A stretch of 63,770 bases of DNA, filler included, from Octopus bimaculoides (lineage: Eukaryota): assembly GCF_001194135.2 (NCBI RefSeq). It is 10 parts of 9 records of this genome, joined end to end, with 100 filler letters (N's around TTAATTAATTAA, not from the genome) between each part and the next. Parts side by side here need not be neighbours in the genome. Positions count along the whole stretch, not along the records: positions 50,107 to 58,286 come from NW_026429210.1; positions 58,387 to 62,477 come from NC_068996.1; positions 62,578 to 63,770 come from NC_068983.1; 7 more parts are not named here. The stretch is one strand, 5' to 3'. Of this stretch, positions 50,791 through 63,770 are shown in pieces. The notes under the pieces are model-generated. The model was given only the letters and a program-made list of their open reading frames with translations. It ran no database searches and was not told the DNA's origin. Position 1 is the stretch's first letter; each line of letters opens with the position of its first letter. Both the position numbers and the translations under genes were made by a program.

Positions 50791-53265
50791 GACTTTTTAA
50801 TGGACTCTTTACCAAAAACAGCTAGTCTATAGTTTATTTACTTTGTGTAAATAAATTGTTTACTTTGTTTAGAAAAAACTCCTCCTACATGTTTTGCGGG
50901 AGCCATAGGATCGACTAATCACGACTAGCTGGCGCGGATGCGCACCGGGACCCTTTTTCTTGAATCGGACCAAAATAAACACCCCCTCCCCTCCGTTCTA
51001 TGACAAGAATTGAAATTAAAGTGTTTTCTCTACTAAATATTTCATGGCGAACATAATTCCAAAGGACCCTCAACCACATGTTTGGTTGTTAAGAGAGGTG
51101 TGTAAAAATTAGATCTTTTGCTCTCGTATTTAGAAAGTTGATCCTCGGTTTGGCTGTTGTTTCTAGCTTGGCAGATTTCGGTTGGGGTGGATTTAAATTT
51201 TGAAACGTGTTTCTAACATCTCAGGTTTTCTGTTCAGATGCTTTTTGCGTCTGCTATTTTATCATTCTAAGCATGCATGAAACATTAGTAGATTTAACAC
51301 TTTACTTTCACGTCTTGTCATAGGATGGCGGAGAGGGGCTTTTTTTATCTGAAAAATTGAAATTTTNNNNNNNNNNNNNNNNNNNNNNNNNNNNNNNNNN
51401 NNNNNNNNNNNNNNNNNNNNNNNNNNNNNNNNNNNNNNNNNNNNNNNNNNNNNNNNNNNNNNNNNNNNNNNNNNNNNNNNNNNNNNNNNNNNNNNNNNNN
51501 NNNNNNNNNNNNNNAAATCATGCTGAAAAATAAGGTGGAGTGTCACTTCATCGACATAAGTTGGATATTATTCGTTTTGAGAAGGATTTATCTTCACCAT
51601 GCATTTGAAAATGATGGGGGGTGGGGAGGCCTTTTATGAAAATCTGATTTGCACCTGCTTTTAAGACGCTGTACACCTTTACGATTCTTGTAATGTAGTG
51701 TACTGTCATAAAAGGATAAAAGTAAATGGACGATTTTGTTTGTATAATGAAATATGAATTTTTATTTGGCAACATATTTTTAGAGCCAGGCAGACATTCT
51801 TCTGCCAGATGGCCTTCTTGTTATGAACCCTCATCAGTTTCCAAGCAAGGTAATATTTGCCCATGTCTGCACATATTTTCATGTTGATGTGAATTGACAT
51901 GTGTGCAGTGATATGAAGACGCACTTCAAATTCCGCTGAGTTTGAGGGTCGATAAATTAAGTACCAGTTGCATACTGGGGTCGATCTAATCGACTGTCCC
52001 CCTAACCCCAAATTTCAGGCCTTGCGTCTAGAGTAGAAAAGATTAATGTTTATTTCTGCTTAATCTGTCATAAAAATTAGAAGTCTTGCGATTCTCTCTG
52101 TGATCACACAACTTACTAGAAATAACAGCACATTTCCCTTAAATTTCTTCCTATGGGTCATGAATAGGGAAGACTGTATTGGATGATGTAGTTATAGATA
52201 TACAATCACATGTCTGCTCCTGTCAGAACTTACTTTGATCTAAACAACAATGTCAAGTTATATTTCTGGAGAAAGACTAATGTTGGTGTCCACCATTCTG
52301 TAGTTTTTATTTTCAAACTGTTACACAATGGGAAGGTGTCAGTGTAGTTTGCAAATATGGAAGCTTCACACAGGATCCTATGATGTCAATTTTAATGAAT
52401 TAAGTTCACCCTCATCTTTTAATGCCTGTTGTCCATGCTGGAATGGGTTGGATGGTTTGAGAAGGGAAGCTGCAGCACACTCCAGTGTTAATTTTTTATG
52501 GTTTCTAGAGCTAGATGCCCTTCCTAGTGCCAACCACTTCACAGTTCACAGGTTGCTTTTATGTGGCNNNNNNNNNNNNNNNNNNNNNNNNNNNNNNNNN
52601 NNNNNNNNNNNNNNNNNNNNNNNNNNNNNNNNNNNNNNNNNNNNNNNNNNNNNNNNNNNNNNNNNNNNNNNNNNNNNNNNNNNNNNNNNNNNNNNNNNNN
52701 NNNNNNNNNNNNNNNNNNNNNNNNNNNNNNNNNNNNNNNNNNNNNNNNNNNNNNNNNNNNNNNNNNNNNNNNNNNNNNNNNNNNNNNNNNNNNNNNNNNN
52801 NNNNNNNNNNNNNNNNNNNNNNNNNNNNNNNNNNNNNNNNNNNNNNNNNNNNNNNNNNNNNNNNNNNNNNNNNNNNNNNNNNNNNNNNNNNNNNNNNNNN
52901 NNNNNNNNNNNNNNNNNNNNNNNNNNNNNNNNNNNNNNNNNNNNNNNNNNNNNNNNNNNNNNNNNNNNNNNNNNNNNNNNNNNNNNNNNNNNNNNNNNNN
53001 NNNNNNNNNNNNNNNNNNNNNNNNNNNNNNNNNNNNNNNNNNNNNNNNNNNNNNNNNNNNNNNNNNNNNNNNNNNNNNNNNNNNNNNNNNNNNNNNNNNN
53101 NNNNNNNNNNNNNNNNNNNNNNNNNNNNGATTAAAGTTGGATAAATTTATAGAAGTGTTGCTAAACAAAGGTAACACTGGACAGAAATCCAGCAGTAAAA
53201 GTGTATGTAAGGAAAAGTAATAGAAAAGAGAGAGAAAATTATAGAATTGATTTTCCCCTGAACAC

Positions 53266-54633
53266 ATGAGAAAAGAGATGACATCATATAACTGTGATAT
53301 CTGTAGAAAGTCCTTCTCTCAAAAAAGGAACCTAATTATGCACAAACATATTCATACAGGAGACAAACCATATCATTGTGATATCTGTGGTAAATCATTC
53401 TCTCGACGTGGTGCCTTAGCTATACACAAACGTATTCATACAGGAGAGAAGCCATATCACTGTGATATCTGTGGTAAATCAGTCTCTGCAAGTAGTGACG
53501 TTGCTTTGCACAAACGCACCCATACAGGAGAGAGATCATATTGTGATATCTGTGGTAAATCATTCTCTCAAAGTAGTCACTTAACTAGACACAAACGTAC
53601 CCACACAGGAGAGAAACCATATCACTGTGATATCTGTGGTAAATCATTCTCTCAAAGTATTCACTTATCTACACATGTACGTATTCATACAGGAGAAAAA
53701 CCATATCATTGTGATATCTGTGATAAATCATTCGCAAGCAGTAGTCACTTATCTAAACACAAATATATTCATACTGGGGAGAAACCATATCATTGTGACA
53801 TCTGTGGTAAATCATTTTCCCAAAATAATGTCTTAACTATACACAAAACTATTCATACAGGAGAGAAACCATATCATTGTGATATCTGTGGTAAATCATT
53901 CTCTGACAGTACGGCTTTAACAAAACACAATCGTACTCACACAGGAGAGAAACCATATCATTGTGATATATGTGGTAAATCATTCTCTGAAAATACTGCT
54001 TTAACAAAACACAATCGTACACACACAGGAGAGAAGCCATATCACTGTGATATCTGTGGTAAATCATTCTCTCAAAATTATATCTTGAAGTCACACAAAC
54101 GTGTTCATACAGGAGCAAAACCATATCATTGTGATATTTGTGGTAAATCATTCTCTCAAAGTGGTCACTTATCTACACACAAACGTATTCATACAGGAGA
54201 GAAACCATATCATTGTGATATTTGTGGTAAATCATTCTCTCGAAATAATGTTTTAACCATACACAAACATATTCATACAGGAGAGAGATCATATCATTGT
54301 GATATCTGTGGTAAATCATTCTCTCAAAATTATATCTTGAAATCACACAAACGTATTCATACAGGAACGAAACCATATCATTGTGATATCTGTGGTAGAT
54401 CATTCACTCAAAGTGGTCACTTATCTACACACGTACGTATTCATACAGGAGAGAAACCATATCAATGTAACATTTGTGGTAAATCATTCTCTCAAAATAA
54501 TGTCTTAATTATACACAAACATATTCATACAGGAGAGACACCTTATCATTGTGATATCTGTGGTAAATCATTCTCTGATAAAAGTAACTTCAGAAGACAC
54601 AAACACCTTCATACAGGGGAGAAAGCAAAATGA
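53266..54633 (+). CDS. Tandem C2H2 zinc-finger protein, 455 aa, 16 fingers, no recognisable effector domain
   Basis: Uninterrupted ORF with 16 repeats of Y-x-C-D/N-I-C-x-K/R-S-F/V-x5-L/V/F-x2-H-x3-H joined by TGEKP-type linkers. In-frame TGA at 53248-53250 precedes the first Met; an N gap lies just upstream (52568-53128). Confidence 0.95.
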   Translation: MRKEMTSYNCDICRKSFSQKRNLIMHKHIHTGDKPYHCDICGKSFSRRGALAIHKRIHTGEKPYHCDICGKSVSASSDVALHKRTHTGERSYCDICGKSFSQSSHLTRHKRTHTGEKPYHCDICGKSFSQSIHLSTHVRIHTGEKPYHCDICDKSFASSSHLSKHKYIHTGEKPYHCDICGKSFSQNNVLTIHKTIHTGEKPYHCDICGKSFSDSTALTKHNRTHTGEKPYHCDICGKSFSENTALTKHNRTHTGEKPYHCDICGKSFSQNYILKSHKRVHTGAKPYHCDICGKSFSQSGHLSTHKRIHTGEKPYHCDICGKSFSRNNVLTIHKHIHTGERSYHCDICGKSFSQNYILKSHKRIHTGTKPYHCDICGRSFTQSGHLSTHVRIHTGEKPYQCNICGKSFSQNNVLIIHKHIHTGETPYHCDICGKSFSDKSNFRRHKHLHTGEKAK

Positions 54634-54934
54634 GAGTGTCTCTAATTTCTCCTTTGCTATATTTGTTTAATATTTCTGTGTTTTATGCAATGGAAATTAT
54701 CATTAAAGATTTAATTTTTTTTGTTTTGTTGTTTGCAGTATTCACCTCCCTCTCCATCCTTGACCTCCCACTCATATTTACTTTCCATGATGTAAGGACC
54801 TCTTATACCAAATCTCCTGACAACCCTACACATTATTCTTTCTTGAATATCATATCTTGGCGGTACTGGCAATGGCCACGCTTAAAATTTGGTTTGATTT
54901 TGATTTCACTTGCCTCACCAGGTCTTCACAAGCA

Positions 54935-56485
54935 GAGTTTAGAGTCCAGTGAAGGAAAGGTACGCATAAGTAGGCTGGCTACATCCCTGGCAGAGGCCAC
55001 AGGTTATGGTCTCACTTGGCTTGCCGAGTCTTCTCACGTACTGCATATTTCCAAAGGTCTCGGTCAGAAGTCATCGCCTCGGTGAGGCCCAATGTTCGAA
55101 GGTCGTGCCTCACCACCTCATCCCAGGTCTTCCTGGGCCTACCTCTTCCACAGGTTCCCTCAACTGCTAAGGTGTGGCACTTTTTCACAGCTATTTTTCT
55201 CTCAAGGCACTTACACTCTGTCTAGTATGCTCACTGACATTACACATCCATCGGAGCATACTGGCTTCATTTCTTGCGAGCTTACGCATGTCCTCAGCAG
55301 TCACGGCCCATGTTTCACTGCCATGTAGCATGGCTGTTCGTACACGTGCCATATAGTCTGCCTTTTACTCNNNNNNNNNNNNNNNNNNNNNNNNNNNNNN
55401 NNNNNNNNNNNNNNNNNNNNNNNNNNNNNNNNNNNNNNNNNNNNNNNNNNNNNNNNNNNNNNNNNNNNNNNNNNNNNNNNNNNNNNNNNNNNNNNNNNNN
55501 NNNNNNNNNNNNNNNNNNNNNNNNNNNNNNNNNNNNNNNNNNNNNNNNNNNNNNNNNNNNNNNNNNNNNNNNNNNNNNNNNNNNNNNNNNNNNNNNNNNN
55601 NNNNNNNNNNNNNNNNNNNNNNNNNNNNNNNNNNNNNNNNNNNNNNNNNNNNNNNNNNNNNNNNNNNNNNNNNNNNNNNNNNNNNNNNNNNNNNNNNNNN
55701 NNNNNNNNNNNNNNNNNNNNNNNNNNNNNNNNNNNNNNNNNNNNNNNNNNNNNNNNNNNNNNNNNNNNNNNNNNNNNNNNNNNNNNNNNNNNNNNNNNNN
55801 NNNNNNNNNNNNNNNNNNNNNNNNNNNNNNNNNNNNNNNNNNNNNNNNNNNNNNNNNNNNNNNNNNNNNNNNNNNNNNNNNNNNNNNNNNNNNNNNNNNN
55901 NNNNNNNNNNNNNNNNNNNNNNNNNNNNNNNNNNNNNNNNNNNNNNNNNNNNNNNNNNNNNNNNNNNNNNNNNNNNNNNNNNNNNNNNNNNNNNNNNNNN
56001 NNNNNNNNNNNNNNNNNNNNNNNNNNNNNNNNNNNNNNNNNNNNNNNNNNNNNNNNNNNNNNNNNNNNNNNNNNNNNNNNNNNNNNNNNNNNNNNNNNNN
56101 NNNNNNNNNNNNNNNNNNNNNNNNNNNNNNNNNNNNNNNNNNNNNNNNNNNNNNNNNNNNNNNNNNNNNNNNNNNNNNNNNNNNNNNNNNNNNNNNNNNN
56201 NNNNNNNNNNNNNNNNNNNNNNNNNNNNNNNNNNNNNNNNNNNNNNNNNNNNNNNNNNNNNNNNNNNNNNNNCCTGTGTTATTGCCTGGAGGACTATGAT
56301 AAATAGGAGGGGGCTGAGGACAGAACCTTGGTGGACCCCTACCTCTATCCGGAATTCTTCACTGTACTCGTTGCCAACCCTCACCTTACTGACAGCGTCC
56401 CTGTACATGGTTCACACAGCTCTCACTAACTATTCATCTATCCCTAGTTTCCTCATTGACCACCAGATAAGGGATCGAGGGACTC
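54935..56485 (-). mobile_element. RTE-clade LINE (RT and C-terminus), interior in an N gap
   Basis: MYRDAVSKVRVGNEYSEEFRIEVGVHQGSVLSPLLFIIVLQAIT; after the gap RTAMLHGSETWAV..RNEASMLRWMC..GRGRPRKTWDEVV..DRDLWKYAV. Confidence 0.92.
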
Positions 56486-56691
56486 ATCAATAGTGGGGAC
56501 GTCTTTAATCCCTCTTTACTTACATCTTCAAATAACCGTTGAAACCTTTAACTATCCGGCATGATTCCTCTCTCTTTCTCAGATGCCACTATGAATCTCC
56601 TAAATCCAATTATTCCTTTTTAAGTTCCTTATGTTATATTTTCTAATTTCCAGCTTTGAACAGTAAATTGATATTTAATTAATTTAATTCA

Positions 56692-56945
56692 TCATCATCA
56701 TCGTTTAACGTCCGCTTTCCATGCTAGCATGGGTTGGACGATTTGACTGAGGACTGGTGAACAAGATGGCAACACCAGGCTCCAATCTGATTTGGCAAAG
56801 TTTCTACAGCTGAATGCCCTTTCTAACGCCAATCACTCCAAGAGTTTGTAGTGGGTGCTTTTACGTGTCACCTGCACGAAGGCCAGTTACATGGTACTGG
56901 CAACGGCCACGCTCAAAATGGTGTATTTTATGTGCCACCCGCACA
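56692..56945 (-). mobile_element. RTE-type 3' tail repeat (other copies at about 36626-36810, 52408-52567, 57371-57425, all minus)
   Basis: Near-identical reverse complement of 46090-46290. Confidence 0.8.
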
Positions 56946-57263
56946 ATATTATTATTATTATTATTATATCTCTGCAGGAATTAAACTTCTTATAAATTCC
57001 AACAACTTGTCTCCTCCATTTTTAACAAAATTGATGGGATTTCTGGAACTTCTTTCCATAAATTCACCATACATGGTGGTGCTCCAGCATGACCACAGCC
57101 ACTTGGCTGAAACCCATAAATAAATAAAATACATTATATACAAAGGCTGCTTTCATATCTTTGCAAATTTACGCCTCAGAACTCCCAGCAAAATACGAAG
57201 AATCAACTTTAGAAATCGTTTTTGGAAACCTTCAACGAAAGGAAGAACCCACATTCAACCTTT

Positions 57264-57314
<51 letters not shown>

Positions 57315-57535
57315 CATATACATATATATATATATACACACACACATACATATATATATGNNNNNNNNNNGGCAGAGTTTCTACAGCTGGATGCCCTTCC
57401 TAACGCCAACCACTCAGAGAGTGTTTCAGTCATTTTGCACATCTGCAACAACACTACCGTTACAATTGGTGACGACTCCGACGTTCCATCCTATTGTTTA
57501 TCAATTAATCTTAACCGTTATATATATATATGTAT

Positions 57536-57646
<111 letters not shown>

Positions 57647-58222
57647 CACTTCAATTTTAAAATGAGCGAACAGCAGAAGGTAAAAGAACTTACTGGAAGA
57701 ATTTTCAATAAACATTATTAATGATTAATAATTCAAAATAATTCATATGATGACTCGATGATGTTGATGATGATGATGACGACGACGATAGTGGCAGTGG
57801 GGTGGGAGAGAATGTATTCAATTCTATACTGAAAAATATAAAAACGCTTGAAAAGTATTGTTTGGAAAAACGAAACACTTGAAAAAGGCCAGAATTTGTC
57901 GATGACATTTGTTATCAGCATCCAGCAGTTGGCCAAATTTGGAGTGTCAGCCCTTAAGAGGAAAAACAAAACTTAAAGGATTTAAGAGATTATTTGGAGA
58001 GAGAGACACACACAGAGGTTGCATGCAGGAGCTGCAAAATTCAAACAATAGTTTTTTGACGATAAGAACTTTAACATTCCATGATTTGCTATCAAATGCA
58101 CACACACATGATGTGTTTGCCTGTAAACTCAAGTGGTTTTTAAGTAAAGGATGGGTGGACAAATTTTATATCACAAAAATGTTTTATTTACTTAACAAAT
58201 ATTTTGCACAGACTAACGCACA

Positions 58223-58286
<64 letters not shown>

Positions 58287-58386
58287 NNNNNNNNNNNNNN
58301 NNNNNNNNNNNNNNNNNNNNNNNNNNNNNNTTAATTAATTAANNNNNNNNNNNNNNNNNNNNNNNNNNNNNNNNNNNNNNNNNNNN

Positions 58387-58423
<37 letters not shown>

Positions 58424-59878
58424 ACTCTCTTAAACTGTCTCATAATCTTTGCCTCTCTACTTCAGAATGATTGATATCCTGCTGGTGTAGTTTTTATTGT
58501 TATTTTGTTTTTATTTATTTTTCTAATTATATATTTTACATGCCTTGTTTTTATTGAGTACCTCGTATTTTGTTTGATTTGTTTTTGCTGTGTTTTTTTT
58601 ATTTTTATTTTACCTGTTTGCTTTGTTTGCTTTAGATTTGCCACTTATGCAGATTTATTTTTTCTTAATATTTATTTGCATGGAAATTTCATTGCATAAA
58701 TTTCAAAGCTATTAACTGAAAATTAACCCCAAAAATACCATATACAACATAATCAAAAAGTTTTGTCTCAGTTCATTAAGTTTTGTTGAAGTATAGTAAA
58801 TTTTGTTAGTGTGCTTTTATTTTTCATTCTTTATTCTTTTTAAAATTAGATGATTTAATTTCCTCTCAGAGAGGTCCTTTACCATCAAATAATAATACAA
58901 CTCATTAAATGGTACTTACCATACATTAAACACTGCATAAGATCAAATGGTTCATATACATAGCTCAAGCTTAGCCAAAAAAAAGTACATTTTACTATCA
59001 AAATGATGCAATATAATTAAAGGTAATAACATTTTTCTCTACTGGTATGGATTGGGGTATTTTTGTCTTTTTTAGATTCATAAAATATTTGCAATTCCTT
59101 GTTTTTAGTATTTGACTTTGTTACATATTGAGAATGAAAGCTATTCTCATGAGAAATAGACTAAGGCAAGAAACAAGCAGAATCATGTACATTTTATCCT
59201 CGAACATAATACAATGTTTGCAGTGAGATTTGAATGCTTAACTTTTGGAGTAGTCTTATAACCTTTTTAATCTGTCAGTGTATCTGTGTATTAGTTTGTT
59301 TTTTCACAACAATAAGTAATATAGATTATTAAGCTGGGAACAACAAAAACTGCAAACATTAATTATTTATTTTTATTAACAGAACATTTATTGAGCTAGG
59401 AAGAAGGTATTGGTTCAATAAACTTGTATATTGCAGACTGGACAGATATAAGATATCTCAGCATGTTTAGTTGAGCAATTTTTACTATATAACTATTTCA
59501 TTTGTATTCTGCGGTAATGTCCTAAAATTCTATACTTAACTCATTTATTTTTCACAATAAATTAAAAAATTTTGTTCAGGGAGATTTGTTAGCTAATGTA
59601 CTTATATATTTTAATATGAAATTTATAAAACGCCAGTAATGAATTAAGAATAAATATTCTTTGCTTTGGAGTAATAACTTGTTTACTCAGCTTTTCATTA
59701 TTAAATGGTACTCAGCCCTAATGGCTTGAGGCAAACATGAGCAGTGATGGTTTCCATTCATTTCCTAAGACCAGTTTAAGTGCAGTATAAAAGCAACAAC
59801 AATAATAAATACAGCATAAATCCCTAGAACACAGAACAAAAAAAACAGCCTTCAATGAATTAATATAGAAAGGTTTAA

Positions 59879-60056
59879 CCCTTTAGCATTTAAACTGATC
59901 ATACGAGGCCCAAATATTCTACCTGTTTTATGTACAAGGTGGCCTACAATGTCATACTAAAAATGAACAGTCACATCATGGAAATCTTGAAGCTACAAGA
60001 TAATGCATGGTTAATTCAAAACAAAGTGAATAAATAAGCAGAGTAATGCTAGAAAG
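59879..60056. mobile_element. piggyBac-type MITE
   Basis: TTAA|ccctttagcatt ... aatgctagaaag|TTAA: TTAA on both flanks, imperfect 12-bp TIRs starting CCC, no coding capacity. Confidence 0.65.
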
Positions 60057-60576
60057 TTAAGCCTGTAAGTGAAGGGACATCAAAACTGTAACACTACAAA
60101 ACCCTGAGTTATTTAGCCCTATGCCAAAATTGATGAAGACTATTAAGATCAAAACATTCCAGTCATAACCATCCTTTTTTCTTTTTCTTTTTTTTTTGTG
60201 CCAGACACACACTCTGTCTAGGACATAATTGTCCAGTATAGCCTTTCTTTCTCTTAAGATGGTATAGTGTTATTATTGAATATGTGACTGCTATTTCTAG
60301 TAGACCAAGCAACCATATAGAAGTTTCTATTGGCAACACAGTTAACTGAAAATGAGAAGGCATTTATAGGTTATAGCCTTTGAATTATATAATGCTCATC
60401 TTATCAGTTGAAGAATAATCAACAAAGTTAATGATATCCAGTAAATAAAATCACTATAGTTACTAAGCCAGTTCTAAAATTAGCATTCACATAATCTAAC
60501 TATTTAAATGTCTGCTAATTAATTTTCTGTATGATTATGTACTTTAAAAGAACTGTTGTTGTAGTTGATGTTGTTA

Positions 60577-60658
<82 letters not shown>

Positions 60659-60807
60659 TACTAATTTTACTTCTGTTCATGGGTACATGTTTCCATTATC
60701 AATAATTTTTGTTCTGAACTGCAGTATGAAATTGTGTGTACATATGCAAATACATGTATCTTGCATATGCATGAAAGCAATATAATTTGTGTCCATATGT
60801 ATACAGA

Positions 60808-60841
<34 letters not shown>

Positions 60842-60908
60842 ATAGACACTTAATATGTTACTATTTATTTTAATCATCATGATTCAAGCTAAGCTACAGC
60901 ACTACATT

Positions 60909-60956
<48 letters not shown>

Positions 60957-61357
60957 ACAGACAGACAGACAGATAGATAGATAACTGAAACTGCACATTT
61001 ACACTCATGCACATCCAAAGATTGGCATATAAACAACATATACCTCCATTAACATATGCATATATTAGTGGAACTCCATCAGTTATGACAAGTGTTCCAG
61101 TTGATCCAATCAACAGAATACCCTGCCATGAAATTACTGTGTAAGTGACTGAGCACTCCACAGACATGCTCACCCTTAATGTAGTTCTCAGAGAGATTCA
61201 GTGTGACACAGAATGTAACAAGGATGACCCTTTTGAATTACAGGTACAACTCTTTTTTACCAGCTGTGTTGACTAGAGCAATTCGAAATAAAATGTCTTG
61301 CTGAAGGACAGTGTACCACCGGGAATCAAACTCATGACCTTATCATGAGCTGAATAC

Positions 61358-61437
<80 letters not shown>

Positions 61438-61780
61438 AGAAAACTCCAACAAGGGAAGCATACATATAAATGGCTGCAAAATATGTGTAAACATAATGCA
61501 TACATACCTATATAAATATATAAATTTTCAAGACTCTAAAGAATTGGGTATTTAAGTAGTAAAAGGGCCAAGGTGAGGTCAGGGATAGCGCACCTTTGTA
61601 CTTACTATAGTAAACATGGATTTGCCCTCCCAGTTATGCATACGTCCACAAGTAACTGACTGAATACTACAATGTATTATCAAAGTCATACAAGAGTACA
61701 CTCACTGCACATATTCCACTTTAGCTATAGACTCCCAGATCCAAACATATGGAAGGTTCCGAGTTAGGTGAAGAATAAAT

Positions 61781-62095
61781 AATAACACAGATGGATTGCA
61801 GTTCCCTACAGCTGTTTCAGATGTGTTCTTTATTGATAAACAAATGTGTTACATCATGCAAAAACACTGTTTACATCAGATGAACACAGGTAAGAATTGA
61901 TAATAAGAATTTCTTGGAAAACAGTACAAGATGACTTGACTGACCTTTGTATTGTTTTGCAAGAAGTTCTTATTGTTAATTCTTACCTGTATTCACTTGA
62001 TGGAAACAGGGGGGGTGCATGATGTAACACTTTTGTTCATCAATAACAAACATGTCTGAAACAGCTGTAGTGAACCGCAACTCATCTGTGTTATT
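61781..62095. repeat. 315-bp foldback palindrome
   Basis: 61781-61930 is the reverse complement of 61945-62095 (roughly 80-85% by eye), with a 14-bp spacer. Confidence 0.9.
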
Positions 62096-62124
62096 TTATA
62101 TATTTATTTATTTATATATATATA

Positions 62125-62477
62125 TCTATATATATAAAAATGAGAATGTGTGTCTGTCTGTCTGTCTGTCTGTCTGTGTGAATCCCTAAAACTCGAGAAC
62201 TACGCAACCAATTTCATTCAAATTTTACACATGCCTTACTTAGGGTTCCAGTTGTGTTTTAGTCAAAAAAGTTTTTAACTTCTTACAGAGTTCGAGCACA
62301 CGGCAACATAATATCTCCTCCACTATTTAAATATTACGTGTCAAAAGTGAAACAAAAACACTCATGTCAAATACTTTCACTTTAAAAATGAAACTATTCC
62401 ACTAACTGAAACAATCACATTTCGATACTGTAATGACAGATACTTTCACAGAGAGAGAAAGAGAGAAAGAGAGAGAC
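62125..62477 (+). mobile_element. Non-autonomous Helitron-like 5' end
   Basis: A|TCtatatatataaaaatgagaatgtgtg(tctg)n followed by actacgcaaccaatttcattcaaatttt, the layout of Lep1-like Helitrons; 3' end lost in the gap. Confidence 0.55.
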
Positions 62478-62809
62478 NNNNNNNNNNNNNNNNNNNNNNN
62501 NNNNNNNNNNNNNNNNNNNNNTTAATTAATTAANNNNNNNNNNNNNNNNNNNNNNNNNNNNNNNNNNNNNNNNNNNNTCCCCCTCCCAAAAAGAAAAGCT
62601 CTACATTGTATTTGTCCCATCTTCGTTGAGCCCTGTGTGGCTAATAAAAGAAATGTATCTATCTATCTATCTATCTATCTATCTACCTATCTATCTATCT
62701 ATTTATCTATCTATCCAGCTATTTCTATCTATTAGAGAAAGAGAGAGATGGATCCATCTCTCTCTTTCCTTCTCTCTCTATGTATATATGTACGTATGAA
62801 TTTATACTT

Positions 62810-62919
<110 letters not shown>

Positions 62920-63710
62920 TTATATGTATATACACATAACTGTATGTATATAAATATAGATGTATATACACATACTTTCTTCGTAGGTTAACTAGGATAC
63001 TATTGGTTTCATAGTAAGTGATATCTCTTAGCTATCTTTAAACCTGTTCTATGAGACGCTGGTACTCGTCTCCATCTGAATAAAACATGATAAAATCCCG
63101 AGAGGTTTGGGAGAAAAACGACGGGGAGACTCCCTAATTATTACATCACTTGCATTAAATTTGAGGGGGTGCCTCCCTAATTATTATATCACTTGCATTA
63201 CATTTGATTTTATTGTGATAGGTGCATACACACATATATACACATATCTAATGGCTCACGTGAGCTTCCCTGTATCATACATTTTGAGTAAGTGCACTTT
63301 ATTGTTTGCATTTGCAAATGTGTACACCTGATTGCAGAGTTTCACTTACTTTAAAAATATTCTGGTGTCAAACTTGGTGTATAGAGTAATTGTGAAATCG
63401 TAAAATTGTATATTCAAAAGTTTATGTAAAGGAGATAACAAATCGGCAGTTGTTCCCACATCACTTGAATATTTGTTTGTTTATTACAAAACATCGCGCG
63501 ATCTCAAGTGAATTAATTGTGGTTTCATCCCAGGTGGAGACGAACGCCAAGGTCCCAAGCAACAGCACTTGATAAGTGTGAAGAGATATATCTCTGTCAG
63601 CATAAAACCAATAGTAGCCTGAGTAATCCACAAATAAAGAATGTTTATACGATAAAGCCATGTTGAGCACTCATTCATACTGTTCGATATCAACGTAGAA
63701 AGATATATAT

Positions 63711-63770
<60 letters not shown>

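Noticed and set aside
50920-50950. Possible Helitron 3' end (minus-strand hairpin then CTAG)
   Set aside because: The hairpin is only 4 bp and too close to CTAG; no matching 5' end is visible.
63130-63207. 35-bp direct repeat with period 43 (similar small tandems at 14637-14692 and 41380-41525)
   Set aside because: Ordinary local slippage duplications with no further structure.

Overview
AT-rich, microsatellite-dense, gapped eukaryotic genomic DNA. The repeat families and the zinc-finger style suggest an octopod cephalopod (inference). The only convincing host gene is a 16-finger C2H2 ORF (53266-54633, +). The rest is a patchwork of mobile-element relics: three same-strand Tx1/L1-clade LINE copies (one near full length, with a CCHC-knuckle ORF1 and an EN-RT ORF2), two R4/Dong-type REL-endonuclease LINE fragments, RTE LINE pieces, a Penelope-like RT relic, a full-length dead mariner, a Merlin transposase relic, a piggyBac-type MITE, a Helitron-like 5' end, foldback elements and several tRNA-derived SINE families. 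The most interesting signal is a tRNA-headed SINE (18903-19181) whose 3' part folds into a minimal type I hammerhead ribozyme of the kind known from Penelope-like elements. A second fragment of its tail (32807-32868) starts at the predicted cleavage site. All alignments and folds were done by eye; coordinates of degraded elements are approximate. Nine TTAATTAATTAA linkers inside N runs are assembly artefacts.
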